From Octopus vulgaris (Eukaryota), in NCBI GenBank assembly GCA_951406725.2, contig OX597823.1, positions 47,492,001 to 47,556,000 of the forward strand: a stretch of DNA of 64,000 bases, given 5' to 3'. This document shows, in pieces, positions 63,046 through 64,000 of this stretch (positions are counted from its first letter, which is position 1; the number at the start of each line of letters is the position of its first letter). A program made the translations under genes and the position numbers. Below the pieces are notes generated by a model. That model saw nothing but the letters and a program-made list of their open reading frames with translations. It ran no database searches and was not told the origin of the DNA.

Positions 63046-63571
63046 CATAGCAGCTTGCTATATTTTATTTTATCATTGGCCACTCATCTACTTGCCCTAA
63101 TAATCAATAGTCTACAATAATTGTATCTGCGTTTGTCTTACCTACAGCCAACTTCTACCTGTTGGTGTATTGACTGTCTTGCCGTTGTAGCACTTGTTAA
63201 TTCATCTAGTAAGACTAATCATATAGCCCTGTGCTGTGAATGACCTGCCAGGTATAGGTCAACAACTTGTGTTTAATAAGTACAAATCAATATCTCTGCT
63301 AGTTGGTTGCATAGCTGTGTGCTGGCTGATTGTGAGACATTGATCTGTGTGACTTGAAATGGATCCATGACCTACATACGTATGCATAGGTAGACTTAAG
63401 CACACACACATACACACACACACACACACAAGCACGTACATGCTATATGCCACAGACTTTTATGTATACATGTATTTAAGTACATTTCTCAGTGTGTGTG
63501 TGTGTGCGTGTGCATGTATGATTTTATATATGTATATGTATGTATGTATGTATACACACACATGTTCACTT

Positions 63572-63609
<38 letters not shown>

Positions 63610-63721
63610 CATACATACCCACATACACACACTTATACCATATACTCACATCAGACTGTTAGACTTTCAGTTGATGTTAGGACTGTGTGTGTGTCTGTCT
63701 GTCTGTCTGTCTGTCCATAGT

Positions 63722-63962
63722 TGGTTCCATATATGGCTTCCACAGGGCAAGTTGGTGCATGACCTCTATCTTCTGAGTACTGATTGTGAGGCCGAAGTCT
63801 TCACAGAAAGCAGTTCATATTCTGCTCTGTCTGAGCCTGTGTGGCAAGCATTGAGTGCACAGTTGTCTGCAAACAGTGCCCTCTCTCCACTTTGATTTTG
63901 GTTAATAGCCTCCAGTAGTTGAAAAGTCTGCGTCAGTCTTGAATCTTATCTTCATGCTGTCT
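63722..63962 (-). mobile_element. RTE-clade (BovB/RTE-1-like) reverse transcriptase fragment, dead
   Basis: Frameshifted KIRFKTD..LFNYWRLLTKIKV..ALFADNCALNA..CEDFGLTISTQKIEVMHQ; catalytic FADD mutated to FADN (63862-63873). Confidence 0.85.
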
Positions 63963-64000
63963 ACACCCACACCCACACACACACATTGACATCAAACTGT

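Noticed and set aside
3324-63720. Numerous ORFs rich in YI/CV/HT/LS dipeptides or poly-I/D/M/F
   Set aside because: They are translations of (TA)n, (CA)n, (TC)n, (ATT)n, (GAT)n and (TTC)n microsatellites

Overview
AT-rich, microsatellite-dense eukaryotic non-coding DNA (intron or intergenic). The repeat repertoire strongly resembles an Octopus (coleoid cephalopod) genome; this is recognition from memory, not a database result. No host protein-coding gene could be identified with confidence, and almost all ORFs in the track are microsatellite or SINE artefacts. Family letters below are my own labels and repeat boundaries are approximate. The window contains four tRNA-derived SINE families (A, B with alternative tails B1/B2, D, E) and truncated RTE-clade LINEs with recognisable RT peptides. 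It also contains a (TAA)n-embedded LINE 3' end (family F, R4/Dong-like), two TTAA/CCC piggyBac-type MITE families, mariner/Tc2-like MITEs, a decayed tRNA-Ser(UGA), and many Penelope-like (PLE) remnants. The most notable signal is about ten type-I hammerhead ribozyme motifs. One has an intact core (6881-6944, minus strand). Several sit at the apex of fold-back hairpins whose inverted arm starts exactly at the predicted cleavage site. A Penelope-type ORF fragment with an inverted hammerhead-bearing repeat upstream ties these motifs to PLEs. Secondary signals are local duplications that give empty/filled insertion sites, a two-template patchwork insertion, interstitial (TTAGGG)n at repeat junctions, long hairpins that could be ADAR substrates, and two low-confidence candidate alternative first coding exons.
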